NCBI GenBank assembly: GCA_025839675.1
Contig: CP104013.1
Span: 1,860,001 to 1,892,000 of the forward strand
Direction: 5' to 3'
Origin: Candidatus Lokiarchaeum ossiferum
GTDB taxonomy: Archaea > Asgardarchaeota > Lokiarchaeia > Sigyniarchaeales > Promethearchaeaceae
Length of the DNA stretch: 32,000 bases
Shown here: piece after piece, positions 17,701 through 24,724 of the stretch
How the letters are laid out: every line of letters begins with the position of its first letter
Numbering within the stretch: position 1 is the first letter of the stretch
The notes under the pieces: generated by a model
Told to the model about the DNA's origin: nothing
The model's database searches: none
What the model saw: only the letters and a program-made list of their open reading frames with translations
Position numbers and translations under genes: made by a program

Positions 17701-20700
17701 CTTCAATTTGGATCGTATATGTTCCAGCACTAGTAAACACAGTTGAATTTAATTCCATTTGGTAATTTCCATTTGCAATATGAATCAGATCTCCAAAAAT
17801 TGCACTCTTTCCAACTACAGAATAAGAAACACTTCCATCTGTAATGCCAATCGGCGATGCTGGAATTGTTAAATCTTCATACGTCAATGAAAGGGTGAAA
17901 TTCTGATTCCAAAATACATCAATTTGAGATTCAAGGGAAGTTAAATCAGTTGGTCGAATATCAATATCAACGGAAATAACAATTACTTTCTGCTGAAATT
18001 CTTCCTTAGTTGCTGTAATAGTATAATAAAACGTCCCACCGCTTTCAGGGAAGTCATCCGTATAAAATACGGTAGAATTATAAATCCCAGATGATGTATG
18101 AGTTAAAGTTCCAGAACCTGTATAACCATCGGGACCACTAACTGAATAAGAAACAAGATCTGCATTTGTAATTGGGAGAGAACTGCTGTTATGTTCATCA
18201 TAATAATTAATAGACAACACAAAAGATTCTCCAAAATTTCGGGATATTTGTGTACTTGCTGTGCTGATGGACGTTGGGATAATATTTACATTTATAGAGA
18301 CCCACATCTGCTGACTTTGATAGTTATCTTTTTGAGCCACAACCTGTAGGGTATAGGATCCTGTCGTACCGAAACTTGTAGAATTCAGGGTAATATTATA
18401 AATTCCAGCTTCATTTGATTCAGAAATATAATAAGCATTGAATTCAGGATCACCAACCAAGTTATAATAAACTGTTGCCCCTGAGACAGGTAAATTATTA
18501 ATTGTATCAGTAAAGTTTACTGAAAGTGTTAAGTTTTCATTCCAATATTTCTCAAGCGCACTAGCGTAATCATCACGATTAATATCGGTTGCGATAGGAA
18601 GTATTATCAAATCGATCCAAGTATTTTGACTTGTATAGTTTTGCAGAGTAACAACTATCTCCAGGCGATATTGTCCAATTTCCAAGGCTTTCAACGTATC
18701 TATCTCATAAGTATAGTTAGAAAATTCACCTGAAGATTGCTCCGAAAATAATGCATTCGTTTCATAATCCCAGTTCAATAATACACTTGCTCCCGAAAGA
18801 TCTTGTGAATTATGCTGATAAACTAAAGTGACATCAAATTGTTCACCCCAAATTTTTGATATCACCACTTTATTAATTTGAGCTTGATTAGACTCGTCAA
18901 TAATAGAGACCGAAGTATCTAAATTGAAGACTTGAAGAGGAATTGTGGTTTTATTATGTACGGGGTATCCAGCTTTAGTTGCAACCGCTTCAAGAGTATA
19001 ATAATTGCCACCCACAAGATTGGAAGAATTGAGAGTAAATTGATATATTCCTTGAGATATCCGTTGCATAGAACTAGTTAAGACCAGCACCAACTCTTGA
19101 TCGTATACAAAATAGTTGATGTTATCAGCATCCAGCAATGCAAACGGATCTTCACCATCGGAACTTGAGAAATTCACTGCAAAGGATTGAGATTCTCCCC
19201 AATAAAGATTCACTCCTGTGGAATTAATTTCAACTTTTGTTTGATAACTAGATAAATCCAGAAAATCCACCAGTACATCTTTTGTTTCTGCAGTGTCCAT
19301 TGAAAAATCGAGACTAGGACTCCAACTTCCAACAGCCAGGGGATCAAAAACCCAAGAAGTTTTATTCAAACTTTGAGGTTCCCCAACAAATTCGATTCCA
19401 AGAGAGTAATTACCGTAGGATGATGGTGTATATCTAAAATAAGTATAATCTATTTGCCCATCGGTTGGAGTAGTTATATTTGCTATAGACTCCGACGAAG
19501 AAGCATTTGAAAACATACAGATTGCATTGGACAAAGGTTGATTTGATCCATCTTCTTGAGTAAGGGCGCTAACATTGAATGAAATTGTGGTCAAATTGGC
19601 CGTGATAAATTCAGTGCTTCTTTCATAATAGCTGACATTGATTTTCCCACTCTGTGCCGAAGATGTATCGCTTATTTGGAATCTAAGATCTTTTACATCA
19701 ATCCCATTTGTCGAGACTGTTATATTTGAGTTTTGAATACTTGCATTGTGCAATAATTCGACTTCAATATCTTGATAATTTGTTCCATAAACATAATATT
19801 CAGTAATGTTGGTATCAAAATTAATAAAATCAGCGGTTACATACCCGATTCGCTTTGAATTAAATAAAGAAGCATCCAATGAAATAATAAAAAGAGTTCC
19901 ACTAGTAAAGTTTCCAGAACCTGCATCAAAATTGGATTGATCAATCAAATCCAGGGTAATCAAATCAGATGATTCAGTGGAAGTTCGAGTCATCGTTCCA
20001 TTATAGATACTAAAAATGGGATCATTGTAAACATAAGTTGCTGGCAAGAAAGTAGTATCATAAAAGACTTCGTAATCAAATTGATTAGAATAATTCTGAC
20101 ATCGAATTGTGGTATAGCCATTTGAATCCACTGTGCTATTTGCAAGAATTTCTTGACTTATTGAATCATTATACACCACCACCCTCGCATTTGAGATCGG
20201 TAAATCATCAAAATCATTAACATGAAAATCCATGGACCAAATGTTAGACTGGATCAAAATGCTATAATCAAATTCATCTAAAAGGACTTCATCAATAAAC
20301 GCTGCAATGAATGTTTCAGTCCTTCCTTCAGAAAGATATTCAATAGTAATATTGTATCGTTGATTAATTAAAACATTGGTAAAAACCGTATAACCATTTT
20401 CATCTGTTGATTGAATTTGCTCAAATACACTATCAGTTTTATTGATCGTAACCACAGCATTAGGCACCGGAAACCCATCAATATCCAATACTTGAACTTC
20501 AAGGTTTGAAGAGACAGACTCGATAGCACCTAATGTTGGAATAACATCATTCGTTTTGTGTTGATTAACAGTAACGTTCCAAATTGACATATCATCGAAT
20601 AAGACATAGTTGTTGAGGGAACGACTGGAATCATCATCAAAAATGTAGACCAAATATTCAATATCAGTTGCAAAACTACTCAAATCAACATTAAAATTAT

Positions 20701-21652
20701 TCCACTCACCCAATGCGTCAACATAATCGCCTTGTTCCAAATAAGCCCAAGTTTGCGAACCAGAATTTTGTATACCTAAAAATTCATTTGTATAACTAGT
20801 TCTTACATTGGATACAGCACATCCGACAATTTCTGCCGTCCCATATGCTTCCCACGCAAAAGTACTGTAAGTTAACCAAGTTTCCCCTATAACTGGTATT
20901 GGTGCACCCACATCTTGAGCTCTCCAATCATTATACTCAATTCTCATAGAAGAAGCTCCACGATGGACTTCATCAGAGTATAAATAATAATCATCATAGC
21001 CATCATCGTTCCCGTCATAAAAATCCAAAATTACTCCACTCAGAGTACTTCTTTCAAACCCTTCATGAAAAAGCCGAAGTGGGCCATAATTCAAGCCCCG
21101 TGTATCAGGATGTCTTATAATAGGGTCATTCAACGCGTTAGTATTACCTAAGCAGAAATAGAGGAAATATGTTTTGGATATTGAGGGTCCAAAACTTCCC
21201 TCAATGATCCAAGCAAGCTCTCCATTATCAGAAGTATCGGATATAGCAGGATCATATTGCATTGGAATAGAATTTGCTGAACCAGAAGTAGTTTGTTCAA
21301 TCAACCTTAAACTACTTGCATTAACTCTATTATTTAAATCAAACTCGTTAAAATATTCTGTAAAATTCAAATAGAGTTGAACAGGCGCATCAGTTTGAGA
21401 AACCCCATTTGGTGAGACTTCAATTTCTATCCTATATTCATATGATTCATCCCACCATCGGAAACTACTTGCTGCTGATGAAATAGGATTTGCAATCATT
21501 TCATCCAGATGTGTTTCCTTTTTTTCCAACATATTTTTTTCGTGTAGAACATTACCTTGACTAGATTCACTAAATATATTTGAAATTATTGAATCATTGC
21601 AAAGAAAAATACTGAAAATTACAATAACTGTGATTGTTTTTTTAAATTTCAT
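14783..21652 (-). CDS. Giant surface protein, paralog 3 (2289 aa): signal peptide, DUF2341-like and jelly-roll-like head, prealbumin-like domains, 13 tandem Ig-like repeats, one TM helix and a conserved cytoplasmic tail
   Basis: Complete ORF. The N-terminus MKFKKTITVIVIFSIFLCNDS looks like a signal peptide. GAAGGT lies immediately upstream of the ATG. N-x-S/T sequons are dense. Confidence 0.95.
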   Translation of the reverse strand: MKFKKTITVIVIFSIFLCNDSIISNIFSESSQGNVLHEKNMLEKKETHLDEMIANPISSAASSFRWWDESYEYRIEIEVSPNGVSQTDAPVQLYLNFTEYFNEFDLNNRVNASSLRLIEQTTSGSANSIPMQYDPAISDTSDNGELAWIIEGSFGPSISKTYFLYFCLGNTNALNDPIIRHPDTRGLNYGPLRLFHEGFERSTLSGVILDFYDGNDDGYDDYYLYSDEVHRGASSMRIEYNDWRAQDVGAPIPVIGETWLTYSTFAWEAYGTAEIVGCAVSNVRTSYTNEFLGIQNSGSQTWAYLEQGDYVDALGEWNNFNVDLSSFATDIEYLVYIFDDDSSRSLNNYVLFDDMSIWNVTVNQHKTNDVIPTLGAIESVSSNLEVQVLDIDGFPVPNAVVTINKTDSVFEQIQSTDENGYTVFTNVLINQRYNITIEYLSEGRTETFIAAFIDEVLLDEFDYSILIQSNIWSMDFHVNDFDDLPISNARVVVYNDSISQEILANSTVDSNGYTTIRCQNYSNQFDYEVFYDTTFLPATYVYNDPIFSIYNGTMTRTSTESSDLITLDLIDQSNFDAGSGNFTSGTLFIISLDASLFNSKRIGYVTADFINFDTNITEYYVYGTNYQDIEVELLHNASIQNSNITVSTNGIDVKDLRFQISDTSSAQSGKINVSYYERSTEFITANLTTISFNVSALTQEDGSNQPLSNAICMFSNASSSESIANITTPTDGQIDYTYFRYTPSSYGNYSLGIEFVGEPQSLNKTSWVFDPLAVGSWSPSLDFSMDTAETKDVLVDFLDLSSYQTKVEINSTGVNLYWGESQSFAVNFSSSDGEDPFALLDADNINYFVYDQELVLVLTSSMQRISQGIYQFTLNSSNLVGGNYYTLEAVATKAGYPVHNKTTIPLQVFNLDTSVSIIDESNQAQINKVVISKIWGEQFDVTLVYQHNSQDLSGASVLLNWDYETNALFSEQSSGEFSNYTYEIDTLKALEIGQYRLEIVVTLQNYTSQNTWIDLIILPIATDINRDDYASALEKYWNENLTLSVNFTDTINNLPVSGATVYYNLVGDPEFNAYYISESNEAGIYNITLNSTSFGTTGSYTLQVVAQKDNYQSQQMWVSINVNIIPTSISTASTQISRNFGESFVLSINYYDEHNSSSLPITNADLVSYSVSGPDGYTGSGTLTHTSSGIYNSTVFYTDDFPESGGTFYYTITATKEEFQQKVIVISVDIDIRPTDLTSLESQIDVFWNQNFTLSLTYEDLTIPASPIGITDGSVSYSVVGKSAIFGDLIHIANGNYQMELNSTVFTSAGTYTIQIEASKVNYGTRSLSILLNISKIPVNLVGNDEIDVFWGEGFTVSVTLTDSRDDSPILDSNVDFSVSGSGYSDLGILNHQSSNPGVYSFDFNSINFDHAGTYTFTITATKNQYETVQMSIVLTISIVPTDLVLNGDSVIEVIWGENFVLSVTFTDEQLASSIPINDGTVSFTISPVGVIASGFLTPQGSGIYYLSLNSETDIGGNGTYTITMTATKNQYLTQQVVLTVDVSIISTILTADELTISKQLNQNFNISVSYLDNSDSQNPIAITDGSISYVVSGPSGYSASGTISHVGGGTYNITFNTDDDFPGAGTYTFIVVASKDEYQSRQLTVIVDINLIKTNLTLIYSDEIEYFWGENFTIGAYYEDVVDPQDIQEVIGGQISYNVSSLSEITGFLNYIGSNEFRLEFNTTQFGQNGTYTIQLDAFAETYGSRQALIVLTIKIIPTSLSSNHIDDEKVAYWGDIFNISVNLMDIRNLSVPAAIIGGPVTYSAVGYGNGIFTDSGMGLYTLELNTIDFGKQGTYTFRVKFTKSQYETNQIYITVYVNGISTSISAEATSFDKTWKENFTVSVSFFDTHNDGPITDGEISYYVGQVSGFTGYLTPIGGGVYEIELNSTEFLSVGSYTMHLEATKYQYQTQNLVINVKINRIQTSINNSIFVNLDTSINVTTGYQMIFAYEDSEYVGISNAIVAYYEWEFQGITHEGQLVDIGDGKYLLDFNTATRQVGMYFFVVHLGQANYIERSASITLNIKEKPISLTLSAELADKIVEMPEGENIVIEFSLYDPVAQAPLTGAAVSMNYRGSNWTVEETDTLGTYRYVIDTASIDYNALLAAKTEIAIVSVDKANYTIEPFTITISVTPPEFTVGNVGVPKIFVFIGGAVGLLAIVIAGVTKYVQYANIPMIIKKINATKKDIEKNNEIGESNISISSKEEIVERLKDRWDILDLDLASILGVNDVKTASDSVITTGDEEVGGL
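14786..15103 (-). other. C-terminal membrane anchor (IFVFIGGAVGLLAIVIAGV) plus the 79-aa conserved cytoplasmic tail of paralog 3
   Basis: The tail is YANIPMIIKKINATKKDIEKNNEIGESNISISSKEEIVERLKDRWDILDLDLASILGVNDVKTASDSVITTGDEEVGGL. It has the same length as the paralog 2 tail and the same YANIP...ATKKDIEK...ERLK.RW...DLDLA...GDE.VGGL landmarks. Confidence 0.8.
15134..19246 (-). repeat. 13 tandem protein-level repeats of 101-108 aa (Ig-like/beta-sandwich pattern) in paralog 3, aa ~803-2173
   Basis: Repeat starts, counted by hand, fall at aa 803, 911, 1019, 1125, 1233, 1337, 1440, 1546, 1653, 1758, 1862, 1963 and 2068. The recurring consensus is I-P-T-x-L...(I/V)-x-V-x-W-G-E-x-F-x-(L/V)-S-V-x-(F/Y)-x-D...P-I-x-D-G-x-V-S-Y-x-V...G-x-L...G-x-Y-x-(L/F)-x-(L/F)-N-(S/T)...G-T-Y-T-(F/I)-x-(I/V)-x-A-x-K-x-x-Y-x-(S/T). 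The repeats are diverged at DNA level. Confidence 0.8.
20060..20503 (-). other. Two carboxypeptidase-regulatory-like (prealbumin-fold) modules in paralog 3, aa ~384-531
   Basis: LEVQVLDIDGFPVPNAVVTINKTDSVFEQIQSTDENGYTVFTNVLINQRYNITIEY and DFHVNDFDDLPISNARVVVYNDSISQEILANSTVDSNGYTTIRC fit the pattern v.V.D..G.Pi..A.V.........T.TD.nG.y.f..l..g.Y.i.v. Similar stretches occur in paralogs 1 and 2. By eye only. Confidence 0.45.
21137..21463 (-). other. DUF2341-like module (aa ~64-172) at the mature N-terminus of paralog 3
   Basis: FRWWDESYEYRIEIEVSPNG...APVQLYLNF...NASSLRLIEQ...SIPMQYDP...GELAWIIEG...TYFLYFCLGN parallels the module in paralog 2 (WWDAQWSYRLNLNLSS...RFYFIYFDN). Confidence 0.45.
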
Positions 21653-21961
21653 ACCTTCATTTTCATTCCTTTAAATTTTTGTTCCTTATCTAACATCTTA
21701 CATAGGATCATATTTTAAAATAATCTTTTTTGTGATTTAACTAGGTGATCTTTATCATTTTGTCAAATTAATTGACTTTCATGAATGATAATTGGACCAA
21801 TACAAATAGAATCAAGTTAATTTTAGTAAAAATACATTTTAATTTCCCGTTTTTTAGGGATTAATCTGGTTTCTTTAAAGAATGATGAAAATCTGACTGT
21901 AATCAAGGAGCGATCAAGACCTTCATACTAAGCAAATGATTTTTAAGGTAGAACTACATCA

Positions 21962-22456
21962 ATGACATGTATGAGACAATTTAGGATCAATTTTGAATGT
22001 GAGATATGTGGTCTTGATACGAAGAGTTATTCCACTCAAATTCATAGATGTGTTGAATGTGGAAGGATCAAGTGCGCAAATTGTCGTCAGGGAGACTTTT
22101 GTATCAATTGTTATGAAAAATTAACTTTTAATCTCAAAAAAGAATTTGAACAAAAAAGAATTATTTGGCGATTATTATACACCCTATTCGCTTTTGGAAC
22201 AATAATATTCACAATTTTCTTATTCATGAACAAATTATTTTCCCATCCTAAGGCGAACTTGGGAATTGGAGGTTTATTTCTTGTTATGATAGGTTTCATC
22301 GGATTAAATAAATATTATGGATGGATCCATGGTCCCCTTTATCACGTAGCAGAGCATCTTGCGGCGCAAAATTTTTCATTTTTGCGAGAAAAAGAAAAAG
22401 CTCAATCAAATCAAGTCAAGGAAGAAATCATCGATATGCACAATGCCACAAATTGA
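21962..22456 (+). CDS. Membrane protein with an N-terminal four-CxxC zinc-binding module and two predicted TM helices
   Basis: The ORF encodes CEIC...CVEC..KCANC...FCINC (four CxxC pairs in about 40 aa). Hydrophobic stretches follow: IIWRLLYTLFAFGTIIFTIFLFM and LGIGGLFLVMIGFIGL. It is transcribed divergently from giant paralog 3. Confidence 0.7.
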   Translation: MTCMRQFRINFECEICGLDTKSYSTQIHRCVECGRIKCANCRQGDFCINCYEKLTFNLKKEFEQKRIIWRLLYTLFAFGTIIFTIFLFMNKLFSHPKANLGIGGLFLVMIGFIGLNKYYGWIHGPLYHVAEHLAAQNFSFLREKEKAQSNQVKEEIIDMHNATN

Positions 22457-22737
22457 ACTTAGAAAATAAGGAAACTAACTCATACGATTTTATTCAGTTA
22501 ATCAAAAATGGTCAATATTCCTCTTTCAAAAAAGAAGTTTTGAACACACTCACCCAATAAAACCATATTTTTTTTTCCCAGCTTTTGAAAAAATGGGATT
22601 TTAATAGCAAAATACAAGTTTAGATAACAAATTTTGGATATGAGAGCGTAAGAACTATAAGTAGAAGTATAGAGAAGTCCAATGATATTTTCAAGGATAA
22701 TTTTGCATATTGTTAACAGAATGTTGTCAAAAAACAC

Positions 22738-22819
22738 TTCGAATGCGAAGCTTTAAATTAACGTTTTGTTATTATTATTTTAGAGTTCGAAAACGAATAC
22801 TTCGAAATCGAATAATTCG
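22738..22819 (+). promoter_or_regulatory. Cluster of TTCGAA palindromes, including a tandem 15-nt direct repeat; candidate operator upstream of the PadR gene
   Basis: TTCGAA occurs at 22738-22743, 22786-22791 and 22801-22806. TTCGAAAACGAATAC (22786-22800) is followed directly by TTCGAAATCGAATAA (22801-22815), with 13/15 identical. A 5-bp hairpin CTTCG-aatg-CGAAG lies at 22737-22750. All sit within about 105 nt upstream of the probable ATG at 22842. Confidence 0.4.
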
Positions 22820-22841
22820 TACAAGAGGAAATCGGAAAAAA

Positions 22842-23450
22842 ATGTTCCCGCGTAAAGCTTTGGATCTAATCATACTATCAATTCTAAATGACAACACCGA
22901 AGGATTATCTGGTTATTCATTAGTGATGAAAATTAAAGAATTCTTTCCGATAACAAATGTATCCCCCGGCACAATCTACCCAAAACTCAAGAAACTTAGT
23001 GATGCAAATGATATCAAAGAACTGGAGAAAATATACAAAATCACAGATCAAGGAAAACAACGATTACAAGAGAGTACACCAAAGATTATCGACGATACCC
23101 TTAGCTTTATGCCCAAACTCTATAAAATATTGATTGGCACTTTACCTTTCAATAAAAGAATGAATTATATGTCAGACATTCCTTCTTGTTTCCATTTTGG
23201 AGCCGGTCACGAGTATGATGAAACAATATTTTCAAAAGAATCTGTTTGTTCATCCAATATCTCCGGTTCTTTAAAACACTTGACAGCTATGAAGGAAAAA
23301 CTCGAAGAATCCAAAATTCGAATTCAACAACAAGCAGACCAGCGATTGCAACATATCGAGAAACGTTTAAAAGCAATACAACAGAAAATCGATGAATGTA
23401 ATAAGGAAAAAGAACAATGGACCAAGATTCCAATCGTGGAAGATGATTGA
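22842..23450 (+). CDS. PadR-family transcriptional regulator with a C-terminal coiled-coil extension
   Basis: ALDLIILSILNDNTEGLSGYSLVMKIKEFF...VSPGTIYPKLKKLSDANDIKE...YKITDQGKQRL matches the PadR winged-helix pattern (hGYei...i...vs.GtlYp.L.rLe..G.i...Y.lT..G). The track ORF begins at a TTG at 22710. The ATG at 22842, preceded by GAGGAA, is more plausible because the upstream 44 residues look like non-coding translation. Confidence 0.8.
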   Translation: MFPRKALDLIILSILNDNTEGLSGYSLVMKIKEFFPITNVSPGTIYPKLKKLSDANDIKELEKIYKITDQGKQRLQESTPKIIDDTLSFMPKLYKILIGTLPFNKRMNYMSDIPSCFHFGAGHEYDETIFSKESVCSSNISGSLKHLTAMKEKLEESKIRIQQQADQRLQHIEKRLKAIQQKIDECNKEKEQWTKIPIVEDD

Positions 23451-23510
23451 TTCATACCTTTAACATTCAGCTTTTGCAATTATGAATTTCATAAATTCAC
23501 ACCATTTTTT

Positions 23511-23613
23511 AAAACACCAACCCAAACCCCAACTACAAGACCAAACAAAAAAAAAACCCAACCAAAACCCAACCATAAGACCAACCCTACCCCAAACCAT
23601 CAACCAACAGACC
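23511..23613. repeat. Strand-asymmetric A+C-only low-complexity tract, G/T-rich with six G3-4 runs on the opposite strand
   Basis: In about 103 nt I count only 3 G and 4 T on the plus strand. The tract has three degenerate units, each ending in A(A/C)AGACC (acaagacc, ataagacc, aacagacc), and an A10 run at 23547-23556. CA-rich sequence resumes at about 23950-24030 around the Hsp20 start. Confidence 0.75.
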
Positions 23614-23706
23614 TGGAGATGATGTCAAAAAACACGAAACCATCCACCTAAACAACTGAATAAAATCATTTTTTTATGAACTATCTGATACTATGGAGAC
23701 CTAGCG

Positions 23707-23946
23707 ATGTCCGAAGGACTTACAATTGACCAACTACAGAATCCGGCATGGGAAGCCATCTTTGATCAACAGATTTTCATGCCACAAGATCTCATGGAGA
23801 TAAATATCCAAACACCAAACGAACTATCCGTAAAGGAACAAGTGGCCAGTAGAACTGGTAAAATTGAACAGAAAGATTGGAAATATTTTAATCAGAGTAA
23901 CAAGCAACTTAAAACTTTACAGAAACGATACCCCTATCTCTATTAA
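23707..23946 (+). CDS. Hypothetical 79-aa protein
   Basis: The ATG is preceded by GGAGA 7 nt upstream (tatGGAGAcctagcgATG). It has the same orientation as hsp20 and lies immediately upstream of it. No recognisable motif. Confidence 0.4.
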   Translation: MSEGLTIDQLQNPAWEAIFDQQIFMPQDLMEINIQTPNELSVKEQVASRTGKIEQKDWKYFNQSNKQLKTLQKRYPYLY

Positions 23947-23991
23947 ATTTTTTTAGAAACACACCATTAACACACAGGAGACACACGACAC

Positions 23992-24399
23992 ATGCACTAC
24001 ACACACGGATGCCACGGACCAAACCCCCAAATGTTTCAATTCTACATGAATAAATATGCGGGGTATATGCCCTACGATTTAGAAGAAGACGAAGGGACAT
24101 ACTATGTCACTATGCCCTTACCTGGATTTGATGTCAAAGATATCGAAGTTTCTGTCAAAGGAGATGCAATTCTGATAGAAGCAAAGAAACCACAAGAAAA
24201 CACCGAAAAAGACCCTCCAAAACGGAAAAAAATTATAAACATTGGAGATGCAATATGGAAACGGCCGATTAGCGTAAAAATTCCGGTTCATGATGAAATC
24301 GATCCGGCAAAAGTAAAAGCTAAATTAAAACGCGGAATTTTAGAAGTAAATTTTTCTAAAAAACCAGGGATGAAAGTTCCTATCGCTGAAGAGGAATAA
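23992..24399 (+). CDS. hsp20: Small heat-shock protein, Hsp20/alpha-crystallin family
   Basis: YYVTMPLPGFDVKDIEVSVKGDAILIEAKK...ISVKIPVHDEIDPAKVKAKLKRGILEVNFSKK matches the alpha-crystallin domain pattern. AGGAGA lies about 10 nt upstream of the ATG. Confidence 0.85.
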   Translation: MHYTHGCHGPNPQMFQFYMNKYAGYMPYDLEEDEGTYYVTMPLPGFDVKDIEVSVKGDAILIEAKKPQENTEKDPPKRKKIINIGDAIWKRPISVKIPVHDEIDPAKVKAKLKRGILEVNFSKKPGMKVPIAEEE

Positions 24400-24412
24400 A
24401 ATTCCATTCTAA

Positions 24413-24419
24413 TTTTTTT
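24413..24419 (+). terminator. Oligo-T (T7) tract 14 nt after the hsp20 stop
   Basis: taaaattccattctaaTTTTTTTc. Archaeal-type oligo-T terminator candidate. Confidence 0.4.
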
Positions 24420-24724
24420 CTAGTTTATCTAACAAAAAAGAAGTATGAAAATGACCCCGCCCACTAATTCTCCGAAAATTCAAGTCAATGAAAACCGCTT
24501 AATCTTACTGAAGAAAACGCGGAGCGAGACTCATAAACTAAAAATTGACAACCATCAGCCAATAAAGCAAATGTGGGGACCCACTAAACAATATTTTGCA
24601 TCCCTCGAAAATATTTATAACGAAGTGTTACAACCAAAAGTTGAAAGAGACTGAGATAGAGAGTAGTTCACCAAAAAATACTTGCAAATTTCGATATTAT
24701 TCGTCAAACATTTCACTTCTCAAT

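Noticed and set aside
2840-21374. Short plus-strand ORFs inside the giant genes (2840-3025, 3173-3376, 7301-7519, 7736-7978, 9012-9206, 9707-9949, 11041-11229, 14811-15173, 15157-15462, 16733-16924, 21174-21374) and minus-strand out-of-frame ORFs (8667-8858, 11130-11381).
   Set aside because: All are fully embedded in much longer, well-supported ORFs. They lack SD motifs and have an odd composition typical of off-frame translation of AT-rich DNA.
5845-21690. Shared A/T-rich motif in the 5' leaders of the giant genes: AAAAATTTGAGGTAAT (paralog 1), TTTAAAAAGGAGAATGAAAAT (paralog 2) and AAAAATTTAAAGGAATGAAAAT (paralog 3).
   Set aside because: The motif is short, is largely the SD plus A/T runs in very AT-rich spacers, and I cannot exclude chance similarity without statistics. 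The three roughly 300-nt spacers are otherwise not alignable by eye.
22111-22737. ORFs at 22111-22299 (-), 22321-22560 (+) and 22498-22737 (-).
   Set aside because: The first two overlap the better-supported zinc-ribbon membrane protein gene, antisense or out of frame. The third lies in the AT-rich spacer, has no SD and no recognisable features.
23909-24100. 63-aa minus-strand ORF overlapping the hsp20 start.
   Set aside because: It is antisense to a confidently identified Hsp20 gene, and its Cys/Arg-rich translation comes from the CA-rich tract.
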